Positions 10,892 through 19,394 of a stretch of DNA of 64,000 nucleotides are shown in pieces. Each line of letters opens with the position of its first letter. Positions within the stretch are counted from its first letter, which is position 1. Origin of the DNA: Flavipsychrobacter sp. (GTDB lineage Bacteria > Bacteroidota > Bacteroidia > Chitinophagales > Chitinophagaceae); assembly GCA_965276955.1 (NCBI GenBank), contig CBDIBP010000043.1, forward strand, positions 60,646 to 124,645, in the 5' to 3' direction. Under the pieces are notes generated by a model. The model had not been told where the DNA came from, did no database searches, and worked only from the letters and a program-made list of their open reading frames with translations. A program made the translations under genes and the position numbers.

Positions 10892-11863
10892 ATGAAAGCA
10901 GCAGTACTATATCAATATGGTGAGTCGCCTAAATATGGTGAGCTACCAGATCCGATCCCGCAAAATGAGAACCAGCTACTAATGACAATGAAGGCTGCAG
11001 CAGTAAAGAACCTAGATAAGGGCAGAGCAAGTGGTGCACACTACTCCAGCGGTGGCCAACTGCAAAAACCAGAAGGTGTAGGTATAGATGGTGTTGGCGT
11101 TCTGGCCAACGGTACCAGGGTATATTCATTTGGTATGGGTGGCATGATAGCAGAGAAAGGGCTTGCTGATAAAAACAAAATGGTAAAGTTGCCGGACGGT
11201 ATTGACGACGTTGCCGCAGCTGCACTACCCAATGCCGTTATGGGGGCCGCTGGTGCGCTGCACTTCAGAGCAGGTATGAAACCGGGAGAAACTGTTTTGA
11301 TAAATGGCGCTACCGGGGTGACCGGCAAAGTAGCAGTGCAAATAGCAAAATACTACGGTGCGAAGAAGGTAATTGTTACAGGTAGAAATGCCGACTCGCT
11401 GAACAAATTGAAAGACCTTGACGCAGACGATATCATATCGTTAAAGCAGGAGGATGAGCAGATATTGACCATCCTGAAAGAGATACATAAGAGTACACCT
11501 ATAGATATTGTTATTGACTACTTGTGGGGCCACCCTGCTGAGCTGATACTTACAGCGCTGCAAGGTAAAGGTGGAGCTACGCACCCTGTACGCTTTGTGA
11601 CCGTGGGTGGTATGGCAGGCGATAAGATAGAGCTATCATCTGGCATACTGAGAAGTGCTGACATCATGTTGTGTGGTTCTGGGCTGGGTAGTTTATCCAA
11701 CCAGGCTATGGGTGAATTGTTTCGAAATATATTGCCTGAAATGCTGCAACTGGCGGCTGACGGCAAACTGAAGATAGACACAGTAACTGCCGACCTGAAA
11801 GATATAGAAGAGACTTGGAATACAGATGTGGAGGCAGGTCACAGACTGGTGATCACCATGTAG
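10892..11863 (+). CDS. Medium-chain (zinc-type) dehydrogenase / quinone oxidoreductase family protein
   Basis: MKAAVL... N terminus, Rossmann motif INGATGVTGKVAVQIAKYYGAKKVIVTGRN, ~320 aa. Confidence 0.7.
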   Translation: MKAAVLYQYGESPKYGELPDPIPQNENQLLMTMKAAAVKNLDKGRASGAHYSSGGQLQKPEGVGIDGVGVLANGTRVYSFGMGGMIAEKGLADKNKMVKLPDGIDDVAAAALPNAVMGAAGALHFRAGMKPGETVLINGATGVTGKVAVQIAKYYGAKKVIVTGRNADSLNKLKDLDADDIISLKQEDEQILTILKEIHKSTPIDIVIDYLWGHPAELILTALQGKGGATHPVRFVTVGGMAGDKIELSSGILRSADIMLCGSGLGSLSNQAMGELFRNILPEMLQLAADGKLKIDTVTADLKDIEETWNTDVEAGHRLVITM

Positions 11864-11929
11864 TAACAAGGAATTGAAAACGGGGAGAACTGTAGCAATT
11901 ACAGTTCTCCCCGTTTCAGTATAAAGCAC

Positions 11930-12376
11930 TTATATTTTCTCTACTCTTTTTTCGTGGCGGCCACCTTCAAAAGCTGTGTTTGTAAAAGCACTCACCATTT
12001 CCTGCGCCACTTCTAACGATACAAAGCGCGATGGTATGCAAAGTACATTAGCATTATTATGCTGGCGGGCCAGTTGCGCCAGCTCCACATTCCAGCACAG
12101 TGCCGCGCGCACCCCCTGGTGTTTATTGGCCGTCATGCATACTCCATTGCCGCTGCCGCATATCAGTATACCGGTGGCTGCTGTGCCATCTTCTACCATT
12201 TGCGCTACAGGGTGCGCATGGTCGGGGTAGTCGGTACTATCCTTGCTGTGGGTGCCTTTGTCTTCTATCTTCCAACCATCGGCCTCAAGTAGCGCCTTTA
12301 TGGCTTCTTTATATTCGTAGCCGGCATGGTCGCAGCCAATGGCAAGGGGCACTTCTTTATTGAATGTGGTCGTCAT
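11930..12376 (-). CDS. rpiB: Ribose 5-phosphate isomerase B
   Basis: IGCDHAGYEYK...GILICGSGNGVCMTANKHQGVRAALCW...HNNANVLCIPSRF is the RpiB/LacAB signature. 148 aa. Confidence 0.9.
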   Translation of the reverse strand: MTTTFNKEVPLAIGCDHAGYEYKEAIKALLEADGWKIEDKGTHSKDSTDYPDHAHPVAQMVEDGTAATGILICGSGNGVCMTANKHQGVRAALCWNVELAQLARQHNNANVLCIPSRFVSLEVAQEMVSAFTNTAFEGGRHEKRVEKI

Positions 12377-12386
12377 ATTTTGGTTG

Positions 12387-13262
12387 TTAATTATTTTCCA
12401 ATGCTTTGCGGGTACGCTCGTTATACACTCGTACGCTTATCATTACAGAAAGCTCGAACAGCGCATATAACGGTATGAATACCAGAAAGCAGCTGAACCA
12501 ATCGGGCGGAGTAATGATCTCAGAAAGTAACAGCAATATTAATATGGCATACCTCCTGTTGTTGCGCATCAGCTTGGGCGTAAGTATGCCCACCCTGGTC
12601 AGGAAGTATACTATCACCGGTAGCTCGAACACTATGCCCATACCCAGCGTCATATCGCTCATGGTATCGTAATAGTTATCCATGGTGATGATGTTCTGGA
12701 ACGATGCGCTGAGCTGGTAATTGCCAAAAAAGTTAATGGTATATGGGGCTAAGATGAAGTACGCGAACAGTACACCGAAAAAGAAAAGCAGGGAGCACCA
12801 GAATACTATGCCTTGCGCATACTTGATCTCAGTGGTCTTTAATGCTGGCTTTATAAAGCGCCAAAGCTCCCACAAAATATAAGGGAACGAAATAATGAAC
12901 CCCAGCATCATAGATACCGACATGGCCATAACGAACTGGCCCGATAGAGCAGTGTTCTGGAACTTAAGGTTTATTGCTCCCAGACAAAGAGAAGGTATAT
13001 GCACCAGCCGCGAAAGCTCGCAAAACCACCGGTACGCTATAAAATCGTTGTGGGCGGGGCCAAGTATTATCTTGTCAAATACCCATTCTACATTTATGAA
13101 AATAAATATGGCAGCCAATATCATTACCCCCAGCGAGCGTATGATGTGCCAGCGGAGGTCTTCTATATGGTCTGTAAAGGCCATCTCCCCCTTCGGGTCT
13201 TTTCTATTTTTCAGGTTCTTTAAAAGACTCATGTTTTTATTACCGGCGCCAAAGTTAGGCAT
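12387..13262 (-). CDS. tatC: Twin-arginine translocase subunit TatC
   Basis: FTDHIEDLRWHIIRS N-terminal motif plus six predicted TM helices. The start is uncertain: Met codons at 13262, 13232 and 13184 are all possible. Confidence 0.85.
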   Translation of the reverse strand: MPNFGAGNKNMSLLKNLKNRKDPKGEMAFTDHIEDLRWHIIRSLGVMILAAIFIFINVEWVFDKIILGPAHNDFIAYRWFCELSRLVHIPSLCLGAINLKFQNTALSGQFVMAMSVSMMLGFIISFPYILWELWRFIKPALKTTEIKYAQGIVFWCSLLFFFGVLFAYFILAPYTINFFGNYQLSASFQNIITMDNYYDTMSDMTLGMGIVFELPVIVYFLTRVGILTPKLMRNNRRYAILILLLLSEIITPPDWFSCFLVFIPLYALFELSVMISVRVYNERTRKALENN

Positions 13263-13414
13263 TTATATAAGTTGCTGATCGTTAGCAGAACAATAATAAA
13301 AGATCTGCAGCACAATATACGATCCCAGCCGTGATACAGATGTCCTCATTAATTATTGTACCACATATACAGTTGGGCGGCAAATAGGGACATTGTAATT
13401 GCGATAGGTTAACA

Positions 13415-13447
13415 CAAAAAAATGGCAGCAGTGACCATCCTGCTGCC
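13415..13447 (-). terminator. Rho-independent terminator after the sigma/anti-sigma operon
   Basis: ggcagcag/ctgctgcc stem (13424-13431 with 13440-13447). On the minus strand it is followed by a T8 run (plus-strand A run 13415-13422). Confidence 0.65.
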
Positions 13448-13474
13448 TTTGTTGGTTGTAAAGGTTTCTCTCTG

Positions 13475-14551
13475 TTATTTCTTATACACTTTTACCGAGC
13501 AGGTAAAGTTTTCCAGTTTCTTTATTTGCTGTTCGCGGTCCATGTGGCCCATTTTGTTGTTTTTGGGCAGGCGAAGGTTCATTTCCTTTGGCAGGGAGTG
13601 TACCAGCTGCAGCAGTGCCTTAGAGCTTACGGCATAGGTATTGCCCTCGCTTTGGCTGCCTTTGGCGGTCACTATTGCCAGCACATTGCCGTTGGCATCC
13701 AGCACCGGTGCACCGCTTTGGCCAGGGTCGGCAGGCAGTTCCAGCCGGTATTGCATAGAGTCTGCCTCAAAACCGTTCTTGGCGCTTATGTAGCCTTCGT
13801 TATATACTATCTCATCCTCAGGATATCCCAGTGTGTATACCTTGCTGCCCAGGCCGGCTTTGGCTGCGGCAAATGTGTAGGGCACCTCGCCCTTGCCTAT
13901 CTTAAAACCATCTGCTTCTACCTTAAGTATGGCCAGGTCGTTCTTAGGTTCAAAGGCCACTACATATGCCCTGTAGTATTCGCCATTGTGGTCCTGTATA
14001 TATACGGAGTCAGCGCCATCCGTTACGTGGTAGCTGGTCACAAAATATCCATCATTGGTGATGGCAAAACCAGTGCCACTATAGCGGGCCACTGCCGGTG
14101 GTTTGGCAGCTTTTTGCTGGTTTATGTTCTGTATCAGTTGGTTCTGCGATCGTTTTATGGTCTCTATCTCCCTGCGCAGTACGCTGTATTGCGATGATGC
14201 CTTCTTATCAGAAGGGTGAACAGATAGATATGTGGCCATGGAGGTAATGAGCGCTATGCCCGCAGCTATGCCTGCCGTGCGCCAGTAATGTGTGCGCAGT
14301 GGTATGGTGGAAGCTTTTTTAGTGGCTGTAGGCGCAATATCTGTTTTGTGTATGTCCTTCAGCATAGCGCGCAGTTTTTGCTGCCTGCCGCTGCCCTTCA
14401 GCGAGCTGATGAGGTCTGCGCACTCCTGGAACGAGGCTGCAAATACAGCATCTGCTGCTATACGGTGTTGTATGGCTTCCCGCTCTGCTACAGTAAGGGT
14501 ATTATTGATGTAACCTTCTGCAAGGTCCCATACCTGGTTGTCTGGCGACAT
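13475..14551 (-). CDS. Putative anti-sigma factor fused to a periplasmic trypsin-like (S1C/HtrA-type) serine protease domain
   Basis: The start is 6 nt downstream of the ECF sigma gene. There is an N-terminal ~90-aa cytoplasmic segment, then one TM helix (AGIAAGIALITSMATYLSV). The C-terminal domain carries GTGFAITNDGYFVTSYHV (His), NDLAILKV (Asp) and GQSGAPVLD (Ser). Confidence 0.7.
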   Translation of the reverse strand: MSPDNQVWDLAEGYINNTLTVAEREAIQHRIAADAVFAASFQECADLISSLKGSGRQQKLRAMLKDIHKTDIAPTATKKASTIPLRTHYWRTAGIAAGIALITSMATYLSVHPSDKKASSQYSVLRREIETIKRSQNQLIQNINQQKAAKPPAVARYSGTGFAITNDGYFVTSYHVTDGADSVYIQDHNGEYYRAYVVAFEPKNDLAILKVEADGFKIGKGEVPYTFAAAKAGLGSKVYTLGYPEDEIVYNEGYISAKNGFEADSMQYRLELPADPGQSGAPVLDANGNVLAIVTAKGSQSEGNTYAVSSKALLQLVHSLPKEMNLRLPKNNKMGHMDREQQIKKLENFTCSVKVYKK

Positions 14552-14557
14552 ATGTTA

Positions 14558-15136
14558 TCATTTGGCCTGCATACTATAGAATATCTTTCTAAGGCGGGCA
14601 AGGCATTTATATTTTTGTGTCTTGGCATTGTCTGGGTTGGTATACCCAAAGTCTGCCGCTATTTCCTGCATGCTTTTATCGTTATGATAAAAAGCTTTTA
14701 TTAAAGAACTGCATGGCTCGCCCAGTTGGTCAAGCGCCACACTCAGCTGGTCGTAGTGTGCTTCCCGCTCTACCTGCACATTCACATCATCCTCATAGGC
14801 CCAATCTTCACCATCTTCTGTACCGCTTTGGTCGGGCAGGCTGCCGGGCATTTTTTGCTGCTTACTTGCTTTTTTGTACCATAAGTGCTTGCTGATGGCA
14901 AATAAATAGGTACTTATGGTACATGTGAGCCTGAAATCCTCTTGCTGTGCCTTCTCATACAGTATCACTACTGCTTCCTGGTATACATCGGCCACATCAT
15001 CCTCACTGGCCCCGTTCTTTAGCAGCCAAGCATGTATAACATTATAGTACTGGTTATATATTTTTGTGGCTGCGTACCGGTCACCTATGGCAAATGCTGC
15101 TAAAAGTTGCTGCTCTGTATGTGTGGACGTGTACAA
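14558..15136 (-). CDS. ECF-type RNA polymerase sigma-70 family factor
   Basis: Region 2 (DVADVYQEAVVILYEK) and region 4 HTH (MQEIAADFGYTNPDNAKTQKYKCLARLRK). 192 aa. Confidence 0.8.
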   Translation of the reverse strand: MYTSTHTEQQLLAAFAIGDRYAATKIYNQYYNVIHAWLLKNGASEDDVADVYQEAVVILYEKAQQEDFRLTCTISTYLFAISKHLWYKKASKQQKMPGSLPDQSGTEDGEDWAYEDDVNVQVEREAHYDQLSVALDQLGEPCSSLIKAFYHNDKSMQEIAADFGYTNPDNAKTQKYKCLARLRKIFYSMQAK

Positions 15137-15347
15137 TGATTAATGCTTTAATAAAAGAAAAGTAACCCTGTGAGAGAAAAATATAAATATCCTGTATGTT
15201 ACAAATACTTTAGATAAAGGTAAGGAAAACTGATTGTGGCTACCCCGGAAAGCAGGTAAAAAATATTTTTAAAATTTTTTTTCAGTTGAAGGGTTACCTT
15301 TTCCTGTTTGTGGCATTAATGGTATAACCATTCTAAAAAAACACAAA

Positions 15348-15614
15348 ATGAAATTAGTAAAATTATCTATCGTTGCCCTGGCAATGGGTCTTTTCGTAGC
15401 ATCTTGCGGTAACACAGAAAACAAATCTGCAACTACAGATTCTACTGCTACAATGACTACCACTCCACCGCCAGCAGTAGATACAACTCCAGCTCCAGCT
15501 GCAGCTCCAGTTGTAGATAGCGCTAAAATGATGGATTCTATGAAGAAAGCATCTACTACCACTACTAAAATGGAAACTAAGAAAGAAACTAAAATGGAAA
15601 CTAAGAAGAAATAG
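15348..15614 (+). CDS. Small Thr/Ala/Pro-rich lipoprotein with METKKETK repeats
   Basis: Signal peptide with lipobox (LFVASCGN), low-complexity mature part, and a terminator downstream. Confidence 0.5.
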   Translation: MKLVKLSIVALAMGLFVASCGNTENKSATTDSTATMTTTPPPAVDTTPAPAAAPVVDSAKMMDSMKKASTTTTKMETKKETKMETKKK

Positions 15615-15640
15615 TTCTTCTGTCTCTATATGTTCTTTGA

Positions 15641-15675
15641 AAAGGTGTGCTTCTTCCGAAGCGCACCTTTTCTTT
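15641..15675. terminator. Hairpin terminator
   Basis: aaaaggtgtgc...gcgcacctttt stem followed by a T-rich run. It lies between convergent genes ending at 15614 (+) and 15698 (-). Confidence 0.6.
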
Positions 15676-15697
15676 TATGGCATCTTTATCAGGTATA

Positions 15698-16675
15698 TTA
15701 TTTGTAGCTGAATGGGCTTGCAGCGGTGGCCTTAAACTCCTGCCACACTTCCTGCACTATTTCCCCGGCGGGCTTTATCTCTTTTATCAGGCTGCTTACC
15801 TGGCCTATTTCCAACTCACCATTCTCCAGGTCGCCGTCAAACATCCCTTTTTTTGCACGTGCACGGCCCAGCAGGTCGTTCAGTTCATCGGGCGTTGCAG
15901 CCTTGTTCTCGGCTTCCTGCACTTGGGTGTAGAAATGGTTCCTTATCAGGCGCACCGGTGTTAGCTGCTTCATGGTGAGCACCGTATCGCCTTCCTTAGC
16001 AGTTACCACCACATCTTTAAATGCCTGGTGGCTCGATGCCTCTGTGCTTGCCACAAAACGGCTGCCCATCTGCACACCTTCTGCTCCCAGCGCCATCATG
16101 GCATACATGGCGCGACCAGTGGCTATACCCCCTGCGGCTATCAGCGGTATGGTTATGGCCTGGCGCACATCGGGTATCAGGCACAGGGTAGTGGTCTCTT
16201 CACGGCCATTGTGGCCACCTGCCTCAAAGCCCTCTGCTACTACCGCGTCCACCCCGGCATCCTGGCACTTGCGGGCAAATTTTGCGCTGCTCACCACATG
16301 CACTACGGTTATGCCTTTGTTCTTCAGCTTAGCGGTCCATGTCTTGGGGTTGCCTGCCGATGTAAATACTATAGGTACCTGCTCGCGCAGTATTATCTCT
16401 ATATGTTTGTCCAGGTCGGGGTACAGCAAGGGCAGGTTCACGCCAAATGGCTTGCTGCTGGCCTGTTTGTATTTTTGTATGTGCTCTTCCAGCACCTGCG
16501 GGTACATGCTTCCTGCGCCTATTATGCCCAGCCCACCAGCGTTGCTTACTGCCGCCGCCAGCCTCCACCCAGATGCCCATATCATACCCGCCTGCACTAT
16601 AGGGTACTGTATACCGAACAACTGGGTGATGCGGTTATCAAACCCGTCGTCCACAAACTTGCCTTCATAAAGCAT
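15698..16675 (-). CDS. NAD(P)H-dependent flavin oxidoreductase, nitronate monooxygenase / FabK-like family
   Basis: GIQYPIVQAGMIWASGWRLAAAVSNAGGLGIIGAG N-terminal motif and the TIM-barrel FMN motif IPLIAAGGIATGR. Confidence 0.8.
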   Translation of the reverse strand: MLYEGKFVDDGFDNRITQLFGIQYPIVQAGMIWASGWRLAAAVSNAGGLGIIGAGSMYPQVLEEHIQKYKQASSKPFGVNLPLLYPDLDKHIEIILREQVPIVFTSAGNPKTWTAKLKNKGITVVHVVSSAKFARKCQDAGVDAVVAEGFEAGGHNGREETTTLCLIPDVRQAITIPLIAAGGIATGRAMYAMMALGAEGVQMGSRFVASTEASSHQAFKDVVVTAKEGDTVLTMKQLTPVRLIRNHFYTQVQEAENKAATPDELNDLLGRARAKKGMFDGDLENGELEIGQVSSLIKEIKPAGEIVQEVWQEFKATAASPFSYK

Positions 16676-16705
16676 ACTATATATTTAAGATAATGCGGTA
16701 AACTT

Positions 16706-17962
16706 TTAGGCTGTTACTTCGCTTTTCACTTTCTTCCTGTAGAACAACGTATTGCAGTTCTGCTTCCTGAAAATGTGTTCTGCGGTCTCCTTCAGGTATT
16801 CAGAAGTTACATCCTGGTAGCGCTCCCATTCTTTGTTTATCAGCTCGGCATCGCCCAGCAGTTCATAAAAAGCCAGGTTGTTAGCCCGCGATAGCAATGC
16901 AAGGTCTTCGAAGCTGATCATTGCCTCTATCTTGTTCTTGGCTTTTTTCAGCTCTTCATCGGTAACGCCACCTTGCAGCAGTTTCTCTATTTCTTTTTCT
17001 ACGGCTTCGTTGGCCTCTTCTATAGTGCGGCCCTCGCGTATCTTGCCTTCTACCACCAGTAGCCCGGGGTCAAGGCTACCCGTGTGGTAGCAATTGATGT
17101 TGCTGAACAGTTGCTCTTCTTTTACCAGTCGCTGGTACAGCCGGCTGCTATAGCCACTGCCCATTATCTCGGTTATCAGGTCGGCAGCATAGTAGGGCTG
17201 CTCCAGGCGGCCTGCTATATGCCATGCTTTATATAGCGCATCAAATGGTACATCGGCATACACGTCTTCATTGCGGGCCTCCATTTGTGCAGGCTCAGCA
17301 GGCAGGTGACGAGTATATTTTTCTCCTTCAGGTATGCTACCGAACCATTTCTCTGCCAATACTTTTACTTCGTCTACGGTCACATTACCGGCCACACAAA
17401 GCACTGCGTTCACAGGGCGATAGTGCTTGAAGAAGAATGATCTTACATCTTCCAGCTGTGCTTCTTCTATCTGTTTCAGGTCCTTGCCTATGGTCATCCA
17501 TTGGTAGGGATGATGCTTGTAGGCCAGCTTGCGCAACTTGTCCCATGCATCGCCATAAGGCTTGTTCAGGTAGTGTTCTTTAAATTCCTCACTCACCACC
17601 TTGCGCTGTGTTTCCAGGCTCTTTTCGCTAAAGGCCAGGCTCAGCATACGGTCGCTTTCCAGCCAAAAGGCCGTTTCCATATTTTGCAGAGGCAGCTGTA
17701 TGTAGTAGTTGGTAATATCGTTGGTGGTATAAGCATTGTTCTCCCCACCCGCCATTTGCAGTGGCTCGTCATATTCGGGTATGTTCACACTGCCACCGAA
17801 CATCAGGTGCTCAAAAAGGTGTGCGAAACCTGTGCGATCAGGGTCCTCATCGCGCGCGCCTACATCATATAGCACATTTACTGCCACCATCGGTGTGGCC
17901 TTATCTATATGCACTACCACCCTTAATCCATTGTCCAGTTTAAATCGCTCGAATTGCAGCAT
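16706..17962 (-). CDS. M16 family (pitrilysin/insulinase-like) zinc peptidase
   Basis: Inverted zinc motif HxxEH (FAHLFEHLMFGGS). 418 aa. Confidence 0.85.
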   Translation of the reverse strand: MLQFERFKLDNGLRVVVHIDKATPMVAVNVLYDVGARDEDPDRTGFAHLFEHLMFGGSVNIPEYDEPLQMAGGENNAYTTNDITNYYIQLPLQNMETAFWLESDRMLSLAFSEKSLETQRKVVSEEFKEHYLNKPYGDAWDKLRKLAYKHHPYQWMTIGKDLKQIEEAQLEDVRSFFFKHYRPVNAVLCVAGNVTVDEVKVLAEKWFGSIPEGEKYTRHLPAEPAQMEARNEDVYADVPFDALYKAWHIAGRLEQPYYAADLITEIMGSGYSSRLYQRLVKEEQLFSNINCYHTGSLDPGLLVVEGKIREGRTIEEANEAVEKEIEKLLQGGVTDEELKKAKNKIEAMISFEDLALLSRANNLAFYELLGDAELINKEWERYQDVTSEYLKETAEHIFRKQNCNTLFYRKKVKSEVTA

Positions 17963-18071
17963 AGCTTCAAAGGTAATGGAAAAGGGAAAAAGACAAAGCG
18001 CATGCGGTATAGTAAAATAATACGCCGAAAACCAAGTGGAATTTTTATATTTACAGCCACGAATTTCATAA

Positions 18072-18147
18072 GCGGAAGTAGCTCAGTTGGTAGAGCATCA
18101 GCTTCCCAAGCTGAGGGTCGCGAGTCCGAATCTCGTCTTCCGCTCCA
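18072..18147 (+). tRNA. tRNA-Gly (anticodon CCC)
   Basis: 76-nt cloverleaf folded by hand. Acceptor gcggaag/cttccgc, D arm gctc..gagc, anticodon arm tcagc-ttCCCaa-gctga, T arm gcgag-tccgaat-ctcgt, discriminator U, encoded CCA. Confidence 0.9.
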
Positions 18148-18148
18148 T
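18120..18148 (+). repeat. Direct repeat copy 1 (3' end of tRNA-Gly), putative attL core
   Basis: gcgagtccgaatctcgtcttccgctccat is identical to 19232-19260. Confidence 0.85.
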
Positions 18149-19231
18149 GTAGACAAGGGTTTTAGCCGAAATGGTTTGAAGCCCTTTTTTATTTGCACAA
18201 AATTTGACAAAATTTTTCATCCTGATCGTGATGACAAAAGGATTAGATCGCATGTCACTCTGCATCATTTTATAACCCCCTATTCGAATCATTTAGAAAG
18301 ACCTTAAAAGTCCCCTTTATACACACGGGAAAGGCCAATTCATTTTTGCACTAATTTTAAAGTAGAAAATATGGATAACATACCACAATATATATACGTT
18401 TGGGCAGCATATCATGTTATCTTGATAAGTGCATTTATTATACGCTATCGTGCGAATATAAATGCTGTTAGCGATATAGATAATTATGCAGGATTTACAA
18501 AACTATTTTATTATTCTCAAAAAATATTTAGAGTACTTGCCACTTCTGTTATCATGTATCTAATTATATTTAAATGGGGATTTAAGTGGCAATTTGATGA
18601 TTGGTGGCTTGAGGCATTGCTAGTATTTATCACATTTTGTTCTGGTCATTTAATATTTATTGCAATCAAGTCCCCACCAAAAGTCTTAAAGTTTAGAAAA
18701 TTATATATCGTAATTTCCATCGCCTTCATCGCGTCTTTTTATATACGGTTAGTTCTGGCAATTATTGGTGGCTACTCTATGAACCCGCAATCCATTGCAT
18801 ATTTTCTGCCAGATATTAGACAAGGTGATGCGCATATATTTGACAATTATTATTTAGGATATTCAGAGATCAAAGATATTGTAATTGAGAAAAAAGTATT
18901 TTTATTTAGGAAGGATTTGGTGTATGGAAAAGACTTATCCCCCATTATTTGCTATCCCAAAATATACAGCTTCACACAATCTGACGAAAGCTCTATTGAC
19001 ATTCCGTTTCCATTCGTTGTCAGGACAGCTGACAGTGTGTGTATATTAGTTAACCCAGCGCATGATCCTCAAAACGGAAAAATCGTTTTTAAAAGAGGTG
19101 CAAGTGGCGAACTATCTGTTTCTGGGTATCAATATAAATTTATTCCAAACAATACAACTCCTAACAATACAACTCCTATTTTTTCTTTGTGCGGAAAGAT
19201 GAATATCAAATAACATTAATAAAAGTAATGG
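18149..19231 (+). mobile_element. Putative remnant of a tRNA-Gly-integrated element (AT-rich islet, no integrase)
   Basis: Bounded by exact 29-nt direct repeats of the tRNA 3' end. Two 60-nt lines counted by hand gave 30-33% G+C, against 55% for a line in the next gene. It holds a single ORF. Confidence 0.45.
18371..19213 (+). CDS. Orphan membrane protein (4 predicted TM helices plus ~145-aa soluble C-terminal domain)
   Basis: 280-aa ORF that fills the islet. Hydrophobic helices lie at roughly aa 8-25, 52-67, 77-99 and 110-133. I recognise no motif. Codon usage is very AT-rich. Confidence 0.6.
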   Translation: MDNIPQYIYVWAAYHVILISAFIIRYRANINAVSDIDNYAGFTKLFYYSQKIFRVLATSVIMYLIIFKWGFKWQFDDWWLEALLVFITFCSGHLIFIAIKSPPKVLKFRKLYIVISIAFIASFYIRLVLAIIGGYSMNPQSIAYFLPDIRQGDAHIFDNYYLGYSEIKDIVIEKKVFLFRKDLVYGKDLSPIICYPKIYSFTQSDESSIDIPFPFVVRTADSVCILVNPAHDPQNGKIVFKRGASGELSVSGYQYKFIPNNTTPNNTTPIFSLCGKMNIK

Positions 19232-19260
19232 GCGAGTCCGAATCTCGTCTTCCGCTCCAT
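19232..19260 (+). repeat. Direct repeat copy 2 (displaced tRNA-Gly 3' fragment), putative attR core
   Basis: Exact copy of 18120-18148, followed by its own hairpin and T-run (19263-19305). No upstream tRNA body is present. Confidence 0.85.
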
Positions 19261-19394
19261 AAAGAAAAAGGTTTCAGGCTCTTGAAGTTTGAGACCTTTT
19301 TTGTTTTCAACTTTCCCCTCATTCCGCCTACAACAATCCCCAATTAGGCTACAAGCAACCATGAATATCTGTCCACCTTTGCTGTACAAAAAAT

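Noticed and set aside
15972-16693. Two plus-strand ORFs of more than 220 aa opposite the nitronate monooxygenase-like gene.
   Set aside because: They are antisense to a well-supported FMN oxidoreductase. Their composition is Ala/Pro/Ser- or His/Tyr/Cys-rich with no motifs.
17923-18307. ORFs 17923-18210 (-), 17954-18307 (+) and 18098-18292 (-) spanning the tRNA-Gly gene.
   Set aside because: They overlap a well-folded tRNA and its terminator, so they are very unlikely to be translated.
19232-19260. Possible second tRNA gene.
   Set aside because: Only the 3' 29 nt of the tRNA is present, with no D arm or anticodon arm upstream. I interpret it as an att-type duplication.
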